NCBI RefSeq assembly: GCF_021869535.1
Contig: NW_026262707.1
Location: forward strand, 806,001-870,000
Length of the DNA stretch: 64,000 bases
Source: Mytilus californianus
Lineage: Eukaryota
Direction of reading: 5' to 3'
This document shows positions 51,211 through 64,000 of the stretch, one piece after another (the first letter of the stretch is position 1; each line of letters begins with the position of its first letter). A model generated the notes under the pieces. It was not told the origin of the DNA and made no database searches. It was given only the letters and a program-made list of their open reading frames with translations. The position numbers and the translations under genes are program-made.

Positions 51211-53125
51211 ATCTTTTGGATGTTTGATACAGGACTTAATCGACTAATTGAGGTCGTAATCATCGTTGTGACCTTGAGATGTGAGTCTTCTAAATATGGA
51301 ATGGGTTTATATAAAGACTAGACTGAATATAAATAATGTATATTAGAGTCCTTCATGACCGTTATTATATGAATAAACCAGGCGAGTCACTACTTGTTAT
51401 TTTTATATTGAAAAGGCATGTGACTTTACAGAAAAATTGAGAGACAAGGCATCTTACATAGGTTTTTATCCATTGTGCTGTTTTTCATCAATTGTTATGC
51501 AGAAATCCACCTTTCTTTTTTTATTTCACTACTCATAAGAATGATAACTGTAGCCATGCATGCCTATATTCTTTAGGTGAAATATCTTGATTTAGCAATA
51601 AATCTTTATTAAAATACATACGTGATTTTACTGTAGGGCATCATTTCATTCACTATGATTGATACCATTGAAGATAATGATTTCCCATCCTGTATGTTTC
51701 TCAGGTACTTCGATTTTAAATCACAAAGCATTTTTTCTAAACCATTTGGCTTGTTTATCTTTATATTGGACATGTCAGAACGAAAACAGTACACCAATCG
51801 CTTAAAAAAAATGCAAAATATAAGTATATATAAAGAACTCCAGATAAAAATACAGAAATGAGGTTTTTACCCACCAAAATTTGAAGTAATTGAGTGATTT
51901 TTTTTTTTTATAATATTATTATATTGTTTTTGTTTCAATAGCAGTAAGATGAATAAAGTGAAGTTAGAAATGACTAGACTTATTTTGTACCCGACAAGGC
52001 AGGACCATATCAGTCGCTATGACTTTTATGTCATTTGGTCTCTGACGGAGATTTGTCTCATTGGCAATCATACCACATCAATTTTGTATACTAAAATAAA
52101 AGATTGGAAGGAAAACAAGAATGAATATATTTATTCCCTCATTATGGAGCAACCGTTTATCTTCAAAAAGGTAAGGGGGGATGCTGTGTTTTTAATTGTA
52201 AGTCGGAATATTTTTTTTGGCTCAAGGCGCAAACAAAAATCGTAATCTAACACATGTTTAAGCCGTACTACCTTTTTCAATTGAAATCTTATTCACTTAA
52301 ATACTTTTTAATTGAAAAAAAATATTTAACGGGTCGCAACTGTAAATAACGACGGATGTCACTGAACATTTGTAACATGCATATAAAATCACTATTATCA
52401 TGATTGATACTGCTTTAAATTTAGATTGTGATGACATATTTAACACACCATATTTATCTGATAGAGGTCAAGGAATAGAAGTAATTAAAATTGGACTTAT
52501 TGATCAATATAGGAAATCAGAAGAAGTGCAAAACAGTTTACTCACTTTCTCAGTTAGAACAAGGTGTATTCACCCTCCTGAAAAACTCATCTGATTTACT
52601 CCTTTGGCGTGCAATATCTTTAGGGCAGTTTTATTACAGTTCAGTGTAGCATTGCTGCATAGGATCCAATGAAATTTGAATGCCTCTCAGTGAAAGATAC
52701 TGAAATAAGATACAGATGAAAAGGTTAAATGTTTGTTACCTTTGTCGGAAAGCGGTTAAGGTTAGAACGGTATCTACGAGAGACACCAACCATAAGTGCA
52801 ATAACGTATTTTTTAACTTAATTTTTGACTGTGGTGCATAATGTAAAAGAGGGACGACAGATACCAGAGGGATAGTCAAACTCAGATTGAAAATAAAACT
52901 GACAACGCCATGCATGGCTAAAAGTAAAAAGACAAACAGACAAATATAGTACAGAAGACACAACATAGAAAACGCGTTGTTTCAGTTTATAGAAATGTGT
53001 AATAAATTTTACAATTGGTGCTGATAGTTTTACCTTCATTTGGTTTTCTGCCACTGCTTCTTAGTAACGGTTTTTTAAAGTTATATATTTCCTTGAAATT
53101 TCTGGTTTTCAGCTATTGCAAAAGG

Positions 53126-53976
53126 TTTTTATACGCCCGTCAAATTTTTGACGGGACGTATTATGTTATACAAATGTCCGGCGTCCGTCTGTCTGTCTGT
53201 CCGTCTGTCTGTCTGTCCGTCTGTCTGTCCGGCGTAAACATGTCGCACCGTAACTTGAGAATGACTTATCCAAATTTCATGAAACTTAACATAGTTGTTT
53301 CTTATGATGGTCAAACGATCTGTATACTTTTTGGTGAAAATAAGATTAAAACTTTTTGAGTTACGGGACTTCGTAACCAAAACAGGTGTGTGTGTTTTTT
53401 TCACATGTCGCGCCGTATCTCAAAAACAATTTATGATTATTGCTTAAACCTTTACACACTTCTTAGTTATATTAATCTTAAGATCTGTATACTTTTTGGT
53501 GATGATTCAAAATTTTATTTTTGAGTTATTGAGTATTTTGTAAAAAAAGGGGGAGGGGTTTTTCACATGTCGCGCCATATCTCAAAAATGATTTATGATT
53601 ATTGCTTAAAATTTTACACACTTCTTAGTTATATTAATCTAAAGATCTGTATACTTTTTAGTTTTGATTCAAAATTTTTTTTTGAGATATTGAATTTTTT
53701 TTTTAAAAAGGGGTGTTTTCACATGTCGCGCCATATCTCAAAAACGATTTATGATTATTGCTTAAAATTTTACACACTTCTTAGTTATATTAATCTAAAG
53801 ATCTGTATACTTTTTGGTTTTGATTCAAAATTTTATTTTAGAGATATTGAGTTTTTTGTAAAAAAAAAAGGGGGTTTTCGCATGTCACGCCGTATGTCAG
53901 AAACTATTTATGCTTATTGCATAAAAATTCACACACAAGACGACGGGCGTATCATGCGCTCATGGCGCAGCTGTTT
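53126..53976 (+). mobile_element. Non-autonomous Helentron-like (DINE-1/HINE-type) element
   Basis: Subterminal inverted repeats atacgcccgtc / gacgggcgtat, 5' palindrome cccgtcaaatttttgacggg, (gtct/ccgt)n microsatellite, ~160-bp internal tandem repeats, T-rich flanks. Confidence 0.85.
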
Positions 53977-54058
53977 ATTCAAATTCTTTATGAGGACTTG
54001 ATTGTGTACTTTGTACGAGTAGATTAGTTAAATGTACGTGTTGCTGCTCTACATTTAT

Positions 54059-54493
54059 GCCCCAAAGGGTGATTGGGGAATAGAAATATGGTCACCATTT
54101 ATCTTCCTCCGACCGGCGGTAAAACCCTCGCTAAAGTGGGGCGTCCGTTTGGCTGTGCGGGATGTACAAGTACGCAGCCACATCCGGTCAGAATGGGGAC
54201 GTTAAATCCGATGCCTCGTATAGAGAGAATGCCACGCTCTCTGCACGTTAAGAACCCTTTCAACAACTCTTTGAGGGGTCCGTAGGTGACCTGTTGCAAG
54301 GCGAAATTGCTGTCCCTATCCAATTTACTCTCATTTTCCAGTGGCAGTCTAAATTTCCCCGACCTTCTTCCCGGATGGCCTACATTACAGAACCTACCTT
54401 TTGCATTTATTGTTAATTTGTTCTCGTCCTGAATATGCATGAATTATTTGCCACTTTACGTTAATGAACAACAATCAACCAACAATCAATCAA
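54059..54493 (+). mobile_element. SINE-like family, full-length diverged copy
   Basis: 11-bp TSD tctacatttat at 54048-54058 and 54494-54504. Confidence 0.95.
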
Positions 54494-55184
54494 TCTACAT
54501 TTATCTGTCGAGTCCTTAAACTGCTGCTGCAGGTTGACTTTAAACTCGCATTTAAATGTCTCTAAGATGACTTTGCTGGTCTGGTTTGTCAGCCATATTA
54601 TGTAAATTATTGTAATGGGCACTTTTAGTCCTTTTTCAAACTTTTAAAATCAACATACATGTTTTAAGTATATGACGCCAGCTCTTTCTGATGATAGACA
54701 ATCGATTATGCTAAATTTGGTTAAATGATCGTGATTTTGGTTAAATGATTCGATAATGCCAAATTTGCTTTTATGCTATTTCTATATTCTACATTTGCTA
54801 GAGGTATAAGTTGGTAGAGATCTCACAAAACATGTTTCCCGTATCGCTTTACATGTTTTTCTCTTGTCCCGAGGACGAAATTGCTTTATTTAACCTCGTA
54901 TGTAACAATCACAATATAATATATTCATATGGTAAGATTTCCATATGGAACCCCCAACCAAAATGTTGTAAACATATATTTTATTGATATATATTATATG
55001 TATAACAGTAATATATTTGTTTTACAAGGTATCAACTAAAATTTTAGGGTAATCTGGGAGGGGGTGTCTTAACAGAAATAGTGACTTCTTGGAACAGGGA
55101 TATGTGCCATACACATGTAAAAATTAATTGATTTAATATGTATTTGTTGTACACTAGTATTATATATAATATCTATATACTCTC

Positions 55185-55675
55185 AGATCTGTACCTAGTG
55201 TCTTTTTGTTGTTGGGATGAACAAGTACCCGGCCACGTCCACTTGTATTTGTATGTATTTTTATCCATCTGATGAGTTAAGCCTTATCCAACTGATTTTT
55301 ATAGTTTGTTCTTATGTTGTACTGTTCCAGGTTAGGTGATGGTTGGGATCCCGCTAACATGTTCAACCCCGCCACATTCTGTAGGTATGTGATGGCCCAA
55401 GTCAGGAGCATGTAATTCAGTGGTTGTCGTTTGTTCATGTGTTACATATTTGTTTTTCGTTCATTTTTTGTACATAAATTATGCCGTTAGTTTTCTCGTT
55501 TGAATTGATTTACATTGTCATTTCGGGGCCTTTTACAGCTGACCATGCGGTATGAGATTTGCTCATTGTTGAAGGCCGTACGGTGACCTATAGTTGTTAA
55601 TTGCTGTGTCATTTTGGTCTCTTGTGGAGAGTTGTCTCATTGGCAATCATACCACATCTTCTTTTTTTTATATAT
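55185..55675 (+). repeat. Mytilus-type repeat, longer copy of 19310-19630
   Basis: Shared gggatcccgctaacatg...gaaggccgtacggtgacctatagttg...caatcataccacatctt. Confidence 0.75.
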
Positions 55676-55824
55676 ATAAAGGAAAGTAAATCAAAATGAG
55701 ATTTATAATGATATCATTTTTATTTTGAAATCAAATCAAGAAAGGGGATATACTATTCACATGTCCTGAATGAAACTGTCTAAAAGTGATGTTATATCTC
55801 AGTATAATGTTCTCCACATATATG

Positions 55825-56247
55825 ACCCCAAGGGTGACTGGGGTATAGAAGTATGGTCACCATTGGTCTTCCTCCGACCGGCAGTAAAACCCGTGCTAAA
55901 GTGGGGCGTCCGTTTGGCTGTGCGGGATGTACAAATTTGCAGCCACGTCCGGTCAGAATGGGGACGTTAAATCCGATGCCTCGTGTAAAGAGAGTGCCAC
56001 GCTCTTTGCACGTTAAGAACCCTTGCAACAACTCTTTGAGGGGTCCGTAGGTGACCTGTTGCAAGGCTAAATTTCTGTCCCTATCCAATATTCCCTCATT
56101 TCCCGTGGCAGTCTAAATTTCTCCGACCTTAATCCCTTAATCTATTACAGATCCTACCTATTGTATTTATTGTGAACTTGTTCTCGTCCTGAATATGCAT
56201 GAAATATTTGCCACTGGACGTTAAGCAACCAACAATCAATCAATCAA
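55825..56247 (+). mobile_element. SINE-like family, full-length young copy
   Basis: 12-bp TSD tccacatatatg at 55813-55824 and 56248-56259. Confidence 0.97.
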
Positions 56248-57061
56248 TCCACATATATGTTAATCAAAAGTTTTAGATCTAGTTGTCGTTTGATACACCA
56301 CCACCGATTAAGTTAGTGCATGAACCACTTGTTAGATCAACAAAAGTTTTCGGATTGATTGACTATTTGATGTTGATATTCTTGTTTTCCTACTGTATTA
56401 CTAATCAGATTATTTAAACTTTAAAAAAGTACTATGTTACCTATTTTAAAGTGCAACAATAACCTCTTGACTCTGTCTTATTTTGACCTATTTAATACAG
56501 AGTTACGAGCATCACAGATTTACGTTACGACCATCCTCAAATATTTTGTAGTTTAATTTCGTTCATCATACTCGAATTTTTGAATGACTATTTTACGAAA
56601 ATTCTAATATTTTTTGGTATTAAATTTTAGTTCAATATCAATGCACTCACCATTAGTGTGTATGAGACAAGCGGGTAGGCTCAAATGAACCTTTAACAGC
56701 ACGAAAATCGAAAAGATTAGTCTCCCATTTTCGGCTAACCGTAACTTTGCGTTACGACCATCCGCTTACCACCAGTGAAAATTCTCTTCGCTCAAACGAA
56801 TTAAAAGAATTCATATACTAGACTATATAATTATAATACCCTGATAGCCCCATCTGTGTCGTATCTCCTTCATATATGAAAATAACTAAAACACTAGTCA
56901 TATATTTTGTCAGGCATGATGACCATTTTGCATTAGGAGGCCCAATATCACAGGAGTCTACACTTGTATTACATGTCTCCTTCTCGGGGACCTTTTGACA
57001 AAAAATCAGAGCGTGAAAAAAAGACTAGCTGTAATTTCCGGTTGATACTCGAAGACTGATC

Positions 57062-57298
57062 ATAGTGGAATAGTTATCAAAAGTACCAGGATTATAAGTT
57101 AATACGCCAAACGCGCGTTTCGTCTACACAAGACTCATCAGTAACGCTCAGATCAAAATAGTTATAAAGCTAAACAAGTACAAAGTTGAGGAGCATGGAT
57201 GACCCAAAATTCCAAAATGTTGTGCCAAATACGAATAAGGTAATCTGTTCCTTGGATAAGAAAACCATTAGTTTTTCGAAAATTTTTAAATTTTGTCG
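57062..57298 (-). mobile_element. Hammerhead-bearing short repeat (Penelope pLTR/retrozyme-like)
   Basis: Contains the hammerhead motif; homologous fragments at 33345-33462 and ~58380-58450. Confidence 0.7.
57104..57147 (-). ncRNA. Minimal type I hammerhead ribozyme
   Basis: GCGUUA-CUGAUGA-GUCU(UGUGU)AGAC-GAA-ACGCGCGU-U^UGGCGU: intact core, 4-bp stem II, palindromic stem III, 6-bp stem I with wobbles. Confidence 0.8.
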
Positions 57299-58890
57299 AC
57301 AGAAAATTGATTAAAATGGCCATATAATTGATATTCATGTCAACAACCCCAGTTTCCGTCAGCATGCTGTCCTTTCGTGGGAGTAGACCTGTTTCCGGAA
57401 TTGTCTGCAAGGACATTTGGACTGCCACTGAAAGTTCTTGTCTACGTGTTTTACTGACTTGGACATTTTCACTGCTCATCAAAAATTCCTTGAATATCAT
57501 AATAATAATTTTATACATTAACAAACTTGCATATGGTCTATTTAGAGTAAAGAAGACAAATCGTTACCAAGTTGAAGAGGACCCGAAATAGTCTAATTTA
57601 GCAAGCTACATAACTTGTATATGTGATCACAGACGCAGATCTCGGTTATAATTCTTAGTAAAGAAAATGCATTTATTTAGTATTCTGTCGAATTTTATAA
57701 TATTATATTTCTTGCTGCAATATGGTCTATTTGTGCTAATGCAGCACAAGTAATTACTAAACAGTAAAAATAATAATTTACATAATTAACCAAAAGGTAA
57801 CAAAAGCTTAGATATCAAAAACACTACACTTCAATGTCCATTATCATTAAAACCTTAAGTTGACTCTGCATTTTACATTAAGGTTGAATATATGCAACAT
57901 ATTTCTTCATGTGACTAATCATTCATTGTTCTATACTTGGACTCTTTGTTTTGTCACCTCAAGCATGATTAATCACACAACTGTATGTGCCTGTTCATAG
58001 TCAGGGAATCATAATTTTGATGCTATGCAGAATTGATTTTGCTAATTTGCTAATTGTTGAAGGCTGTACTTTGACTGATAGATGCTTATATCGATGTCAT
58101 TTGGTGATGGTTTTATTGAGTCTTACTACATCTTTTTTAAAGTTTGAACCTTCAAATTTAATATAATTGTGTTTCAGGTTTATTGTGTAGTTCATGTAAT
58201 ACTTTCTCAGCTTACATTTTCACAGCATATTTTTCCCAGAGTTCTTTTTGATTCCTTTGAATAGTTTAGTTTCATCTGTCTTCATACAATGTTACCAAAT
58301 AAATGAGAGGTATCAATCATATTCTTTCTCTCTGCATTTCAATATAAATCACGGTACATTTGAAGAAAATAGGTTTCAAAATTTTCTACCTCAGGAATAG
58401 ATTACCTAAACTGTATTTGGCAAAACTTTCTATATAATATTTTGGTTCTAAAGCTTGTATACAGGTTAAAAAAGGGGGAAAATTTGAATAGTTAAATTCC
58501 AGTGATGGTTATTTTCTTATATGCAATGAAATGTTATGTGAAATTTTTTCTATAGTACTGGACAGGATAAAACTGTACTCATGCCAAGTATTTCTTTATT
58601 TGAAACAAAGATAAATTTTGCACATTTTTTTTAAAAGTGCAAATTTAACAAAGACTAATACGGGAAATTTATATGGAGGGGCTAGGTGGTATTACACCTT
58701 GAATCCGATTTATTAAGAAAAGTCGAGAACAGTGAAGTACTGTCTAGATAATGTAGAGTGTTATCAAGTAATACCTGGTCTAGCAGAAAATATGTTCTAT
58801 TCAGACTCTGAGCAATATGTACTGAAGGCTATTGCCAACTAAACGAATAATCAGATAAATGTTGTTGATGAGTTTAATGATAATAATTAT

Positions 58891-59125
58891 TTATGGAGCT
58901 ACCATTTGATTTATATGGAGGGGCTAGGGTGAAATTTGAAAAATAAGCAGGACAGGAGTAAAAAAGAGTCAGGATAAACTAATGAAAAAAAAGGCAGGAC
59001 CGAATAGAGTGAAAAATAAAAAAGAGATTACAAGTAAAATAAAATGCAGGACAAAATTGTTCATCCTGCACTCCTCCCCCCCCCCCCCCCCCCCCCCCAT
59101 AAAAATCAAATTGTAGCTCCCTTAA
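58891..59125. mobile_element. TTAA-flanked MITE (Kolobok-like) with ~30-bp TIRs
   Basis: ttatggagctaccatttgatttatatggagggg versus cccccccataaaaatcaaattgtagctcccttaa. Confidence 0.75.
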
Positions 59126-59699
59126 TGTAAGACAGTTTCAAGAATTTAGGGAATATATTAAAAATGATATTGTTTTCTATTGTGTAAATGTAAGTTTTCA
59201 GTCCAATCAAGAAATTGTATATTTTAATTCAATTGCTCGGTTCAATGCAGATCAGTGAGACCAGCTAGATGTGGGTACTTTGACCTTAGTCTAAGGTCAT
59301 GGAACAATATGGCGATTAGTGAAATGATGGGCAGTGAAATCATCCTCCTCTATTATCAACATGGAGTGTCACTCCTATACCAGTTTCAATTTTTTAAGGA
59401 CCCCCTCCTCCCAAGTATTTTTGCCGCACCTGTAATGAATGAGTTTTCCTTACTAATAACAAAAATGACAGACATGCTCCATCAATCTATTGATTTTAAT
59501 AATTCTCGTTTGTGCATTATAATTTTGCTATTGCGGCCGAAAAAGATGATAAAACATACAAAAAAAGTTGAATAAGTCATAGGCATTTTATCAAAAGTAT
59601 GCAATTCATAAATGTTTACAAACCTTTCTCATATATTTCTCCATGCCTCTTTCTCAAATGTTTGCGAACCAGTAAAAAGCAAATGATAAATTTCAACAT

Positions 59700-60865
59700 T
59701 CAAATACAGATCTGCTCTTCGTTCATTGGAGCGAGATGAAGAAAGGAACACACAAAGAAAAACTTCCCCTACGAAGTCTCCTCAGAGAAGATCACGAGGT
59801 AGGCATCGGGGCGGAGGCACATCAGCACGGTCTTGTCATGGAGAGCGAGAACTCTCCTCACAAAATAGATATTCCACACTTAGTGATGATTCAGCGATGG
59901 ATTGCGAAAGTGATTTGCCACCTGAAAGATCACAATCTCAGTTTGATCGGAGTAAAAATGGTGGTAAACTCAATCACATTCGTTCAGTCTTTCTTATCTG
60001 TTGCATTTTGTCTTCAAGAAACTCATTTGAAAGAAAGTGACAAAGTAACTTTAAAAGGATACAACATCTACAGCACCTTTTCTAAGGAAGACGAACGAGC
60101 TGCTGGTGGATCAACCATTTTTGTGAAGGACAACGTCATTCATAGTACAGTCCAACTCACTACAGATCTGCAGGCAGTTGCTGTTCGTCTATCATTAGAT
60201 AAAACAATTACATTATGTTCTATATATATTCCACCTAATTCAAATATAGATAAAGCTAAACTAAAAAACTTAACTGATCAATTACCTACACCTTTTATAC
60301 TTATGGGAGACTTCAATGCTCACAATCCCTTGTGGGAAAGCAAGTCTTACAATGCCAAAAGTAAAATCATTGAAGACTTTGTCTCTCAAGAGGGTTTATG
60401 TATTTTTAATGATGGATCTAATACTTATCTTCACCCTGGAAACGGTTCTTATTCTGATATTGATATAACTACTTGTGATCCGTCTCTTCTTCTTGATTAT
60501 TCATGGCGTGTCCGTGATGATCTCTGTGGAAGTGATCACTTTCCAATTATTCTTGAGCATCTTTTTACTTCTGCTCAACAGAGAGTTCCTCGTTGGAAAT
60601 TAGACAAGGCTGATTGGCCCTTGTTTGAATCTCTTTGTCGAACAGAACTTCAATCAAAGATGTTTTAGGCTGTACAAGATCCAATTTTAACCTTTAATAC
60701 TGTTTTAACGTCTATTGCTGACCGAACAATTCCAAAGACCTCGGCAAATCCAAAACACCCTAGCAAACCATGGTATGACGACGCTAGTGATCAAGCCATT
60801 GATGACCGTAAAAAATCTGAAAGACGGTTTAATCAACATCCAAAACAAGACAATTTAAATAAGAT
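59700..60865 (+). mobile_element. I/Nimb-clade LINE fragment: ORF1 end plus APE endonuclease, 3' truncated
   Basis: FCLQETHLK, AAGGSTIFV, SIYIPP, LMGDFNAHNPLW, IDIT, GSDHFPII, RWKLDKADW, KPWYDDA; in-frame stop at 60668. Confidence 0.9.
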
Positions 60866-61099
60866 AAGGGGGCATCAAGTGTTACCCTTGACTGCCCTTC
60901 TGTTTAATACATATTTTAATACTCTAACTTAAGTTTGCCTAATACACATTTCATGTTCATCTTCAAAGATAACACAGAGTGTGTAAAGTTTGTAAAATCT
61001 AAGATGACAAGGAACACTTTTTCCTTCATTGCCAAATCAACAGTAATATTAGAAATCATCTTATAAATACAATTGATATAAATAAGATGTGGTAACTTG

Positions 61100-61512
61100 A
61101 TTGAGATGAGCTGTTTTGATTGAGTTAAGCGTTCGAATTGGTATTTCATTGTTTTTCTGTGTTGTGATGCTATTGTCTCAGTAAAAGGGAGAAGTTTTGG
61201 TAGCATTAAAAGGTTTAATCTAGTTATAAATGTTTGCATCTGTTTTAAGTCAAGAATCTGATGTACAGTAGTTGTTGTTTGTTTATGTAATTTATACATG
61301 TTTTTCATTGGTTGTTTTTTATATAGATTAGAGCGTTGGTTTTCCTGTTTGAATGGTTTTACACTTGCAATTTTGGGGTTCTTTATAGCTTGTTGTTCAG
61401 TGTGAGCCAAGGCTGTGTGTTGAAGGCGGTATGTTGACCTTAAACGGTTTAGTTTTACACATTGTTATTTGGATGGAGAGTTGTCTCATTGGCATTTATA
61501 CCACATCTTCTA
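61100..61512 (+). repeat. Mytilus-type repeat, homologous to 11045-11257 and 33905-34075
   Basis: atatagattagagcgttggttttcc...gtgagccaaggc...ggagagttgtctcattggca. Confidence 0.7.
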
Positions 61513-61757
61513 ATGCCTGTTTATACAGACATTAACCTTACACAAGAGAGACGGACGAACATTCATAGTCATGAAGTGTAGTTGTAATTCAGATTGACTT
61601 GCACTTTTCCTTTAGTGCAAATTCTTATTTCTTATAAAGGTACATGTAGTATTGTACAATTGTGAATTATAAATTAAAGCAAATAATTTGTCAGGGGAAA
61701 AATGTTTATATATATTTCTTAATTTTTTGAAGCAATCACAGAAAAGAATATTTAAAA

Positions 61758-62195
61758 GATGAACAAGTGAAACTGTGAGCTACTGCTCATTGATGATGCC
61801 CCCACTGCAAGTGGATAATTTTAAGTGTAAACTATGTAAGAGTTCGGTAAACAGGAAGTTGTTGAGTGATGAATATGAAAACGCATCACAGTATTCATGG
61901 TATTGCATACTTATATAAACTTTGAAACCAAATTTCAGAAATCCTTGTATTGTAGTTCTTTAGAAAAATGTGACAAAATTTTCAATTTGGTTATCATGTG
62001 TAAAATAATACAAGAGTTTGGTAAACAGGAAGTTGTCGGTTGATGAATCTGAAAACGCATCAAACGGTATAGCAGACTTATATAAACCCTGAAACCATAT
62101 TTCAGAAATCGTTGTAGTGTAGTTCCTGAGAAAAATGCTACGAAAAATATTCATGGGACAGACGGACTGAAGGACAGAAAGGGGTAAAACAGTAA
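61758..62195. mobile_element. Non-autonomous Helentron-like element with ~174-bp internal repeat
   Basis: ggtaaacaggaagttg...aaaacgcatca repeated; gacagacggac...ggggtaaaacagt end. Confidence 0.6.
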
Positions 62196-64000
62196 ACATA
62201 AACAATTGAGAATAAAATTAGTTCTATCAGTCAGATATAATCAAATATAAGGGTTGTTTCCCTTCCTTAGATAACAGAAAACAAGTTGTACAAGTGAGCT
62301 TATGAACATGGAATTGTGATTTAATTTATCAATATTTTAGCAAGATTTATACTTTGTTTGTGTGTAAGTTGAATAATAGAGGTCATGTGTGTTCTGATTT
62401 GAAGCATTTTTTACTTTGTATGTTATCTTTCATGCATTTTGTAGTGATTATTTTAGTACATGTATGTTGGTATTTGAATAAAAAGTAAATAAAGAAACAG
62501 CAGTTGAGAACAAATATTTATTTACTAACAAGATATAACTGTACAGTTAAAAATATTTGACTAAAAGAACATGTTTGGTATGGTTGAAATATGGGGACAT
62601 TTAAATTTGAAGATGTAAAGCAAATTAACAAATAGTCATACATAATAGATTCTTGATTTGTGAGATTAAGTCATCATGGAATTTAAGAGACATTAAGAAC
62701 AAAAAACATTAGTTGTTAAATCACACTTTAAAAAGAGTATATAATGATTTAGAAGTGTAAAATGTAAAATTGAGGCTGTGTTAGCATCTTTATAAGTATT
62801 TTTAGACTGTTGTTTAACAATTACATATTGATAATTAAAAAAAAGTGTATATTATGTTATAGAGGTAATTCAAGCAGTAATAAAGCAAGTATCAAATACA
62901 ATATCAAAATCAAAGAATACAGAGGTATTGTATTTAAAAAAAACATGATCTGTAGAGGTCAAGCAGTGACGGTTGTATCAAGTATGAACAGAATATTCAA
63001 AGTAATTTCTAAAAATTAATTTACAGCTACACATGTCAAAACAATCATCATTTCTCAATACATAATTTTCAAGCAGTGCAAGGGAGGTAACAAGTAATCA
63101 ATCATATATTTATATATATATAACAGTATTGTTTAAATTTAATTTGATTACCTCCCTTACAGTGTTTTAAAACTGTCCTCCAAACAGAAAAAAAAACTTG
63201 TTTTTTGTCTTTTTATTCCTAATGGCTATCTGATTTGAGCCATAATTATCCTTTTGTAGTATGGAAACTTGTAATATAATTTCAGAGAGATTTATATGCT
63301 TATTAACTGGAAAGTACAAAAATGCTTATTTGGCCCCTTGCTTGTCAAATGATGTTCAAAAACATAAAAATAAAGCAAAACTTAAAAATATATACATTTA
63401 CACAATTAAAATCTTCATATATATTAGGCCAAAGTTTTTTTACATACACAAGTATAGTCTCCATATATATTAGACCAAGTAAATTGCATGTATACATGTA
63501 TACATGTATACATGTAGAAATGTATAAGGCCATGTTCACATTGAGGTTTAAACAAGTTTGAAACAAGTTGAATTGAAATTTTGTATATCGATGATAAATA
63601 AATACAACCTTTATTCTAGAAACATTTCCAGCTATTAATTAACTTTTCAATCTAGAATTTAATAAACTTTTAACAATTGATTAGCATGATTTCAAAGATG
63701 TAAATAATTCCTGTGTACACATAAGATGTCTCCTATGGGCAGTGTGAACATGGTTTGAATTAAGGTTAATTAAATTTTGATTAAAAAAACAATAGTTAGG
63801 TACAGAACATTATTGAATTTCCTGAGATACATGCAGACGTGGGAAAATTTTTATATTTTTATTAGTTAGCATGATTGGCATAAAAAGTAATGATAATGTA
63901 ATAATGAGGTAGAAATGTCAACTTTTGTATTATGTACATTGTACATACATATATGATGCAATAAGCAGATTAATTTCTTATCATTTAAGAATAAGTAACA

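Noticed and set aside
53015-54001. ORFs of 91-144 aa
   Set aside because: They are translations of the microsatellite and tandem repeats of the Helentron-like element.
55269-55300. CTGATGAG hammerhead-like core (also at 43939-43946)
   Set aside because: No stem II followed by GAAA and no stem I or stem III pairing.
57395-57432. atttggactgccactg match to the SINE
   Set aside because: About 16 nt only, with unrelated flanks; chance match or an unresolvable remnant.
63488-63516. (catgtata)n palindromic microsatellite
   Set aside because: A common low-complexity motif throughout this DNA with no further structure.

Overview
AT-rich eukaryotic DNA, most likely from a bivalve mollusc. The interspersed repeats resemble Mytilus-type families; this is recognised from memory, not from a database search. 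I find no intact protein-coding gene, rRNA, tRNA or CRISPR array. The window is a dense transposon graveyard. It is dominated by about 25 copies or fragments (about 14 full or near full length, ~420-435 bp) of one SINE-like retroposon. This element has a sharp 5' end (ACCCC(C)AAGGGTGAC), a structured head that does not look tRNA-derived, a Deu/Nin-like central domain and a 3' stem-loop with an (AATC)n tail. Its target-site duplications are mostly 11-14 bp. Most of the recurrent 65-98 aa ORFs in the ORF track are artefacts of this element. Also present are degraded remnants of Penelope-like elements, an I/Nimb-type LINE, an RTE LINE, Harbinger (transposase plus two Myb/SANT ORFs), CACTA/CMC, MULE/SWIM, an rve integrase, a Crypton-like protein and a DEDDh exonuclease. 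Other features are a protein-kinase pseudo-exon, Helentron-like and other MITEs, a 21-bp/~280-bp higher-order minisatellite and a degenerate satellite. There is one well-formed minimal hammerhead ribozyme plus a decayed copy. A local segmental duplication (offset 5531 bp) preserves filled and empty SINE sites. Boundaries of degenerate remnants are approximate.
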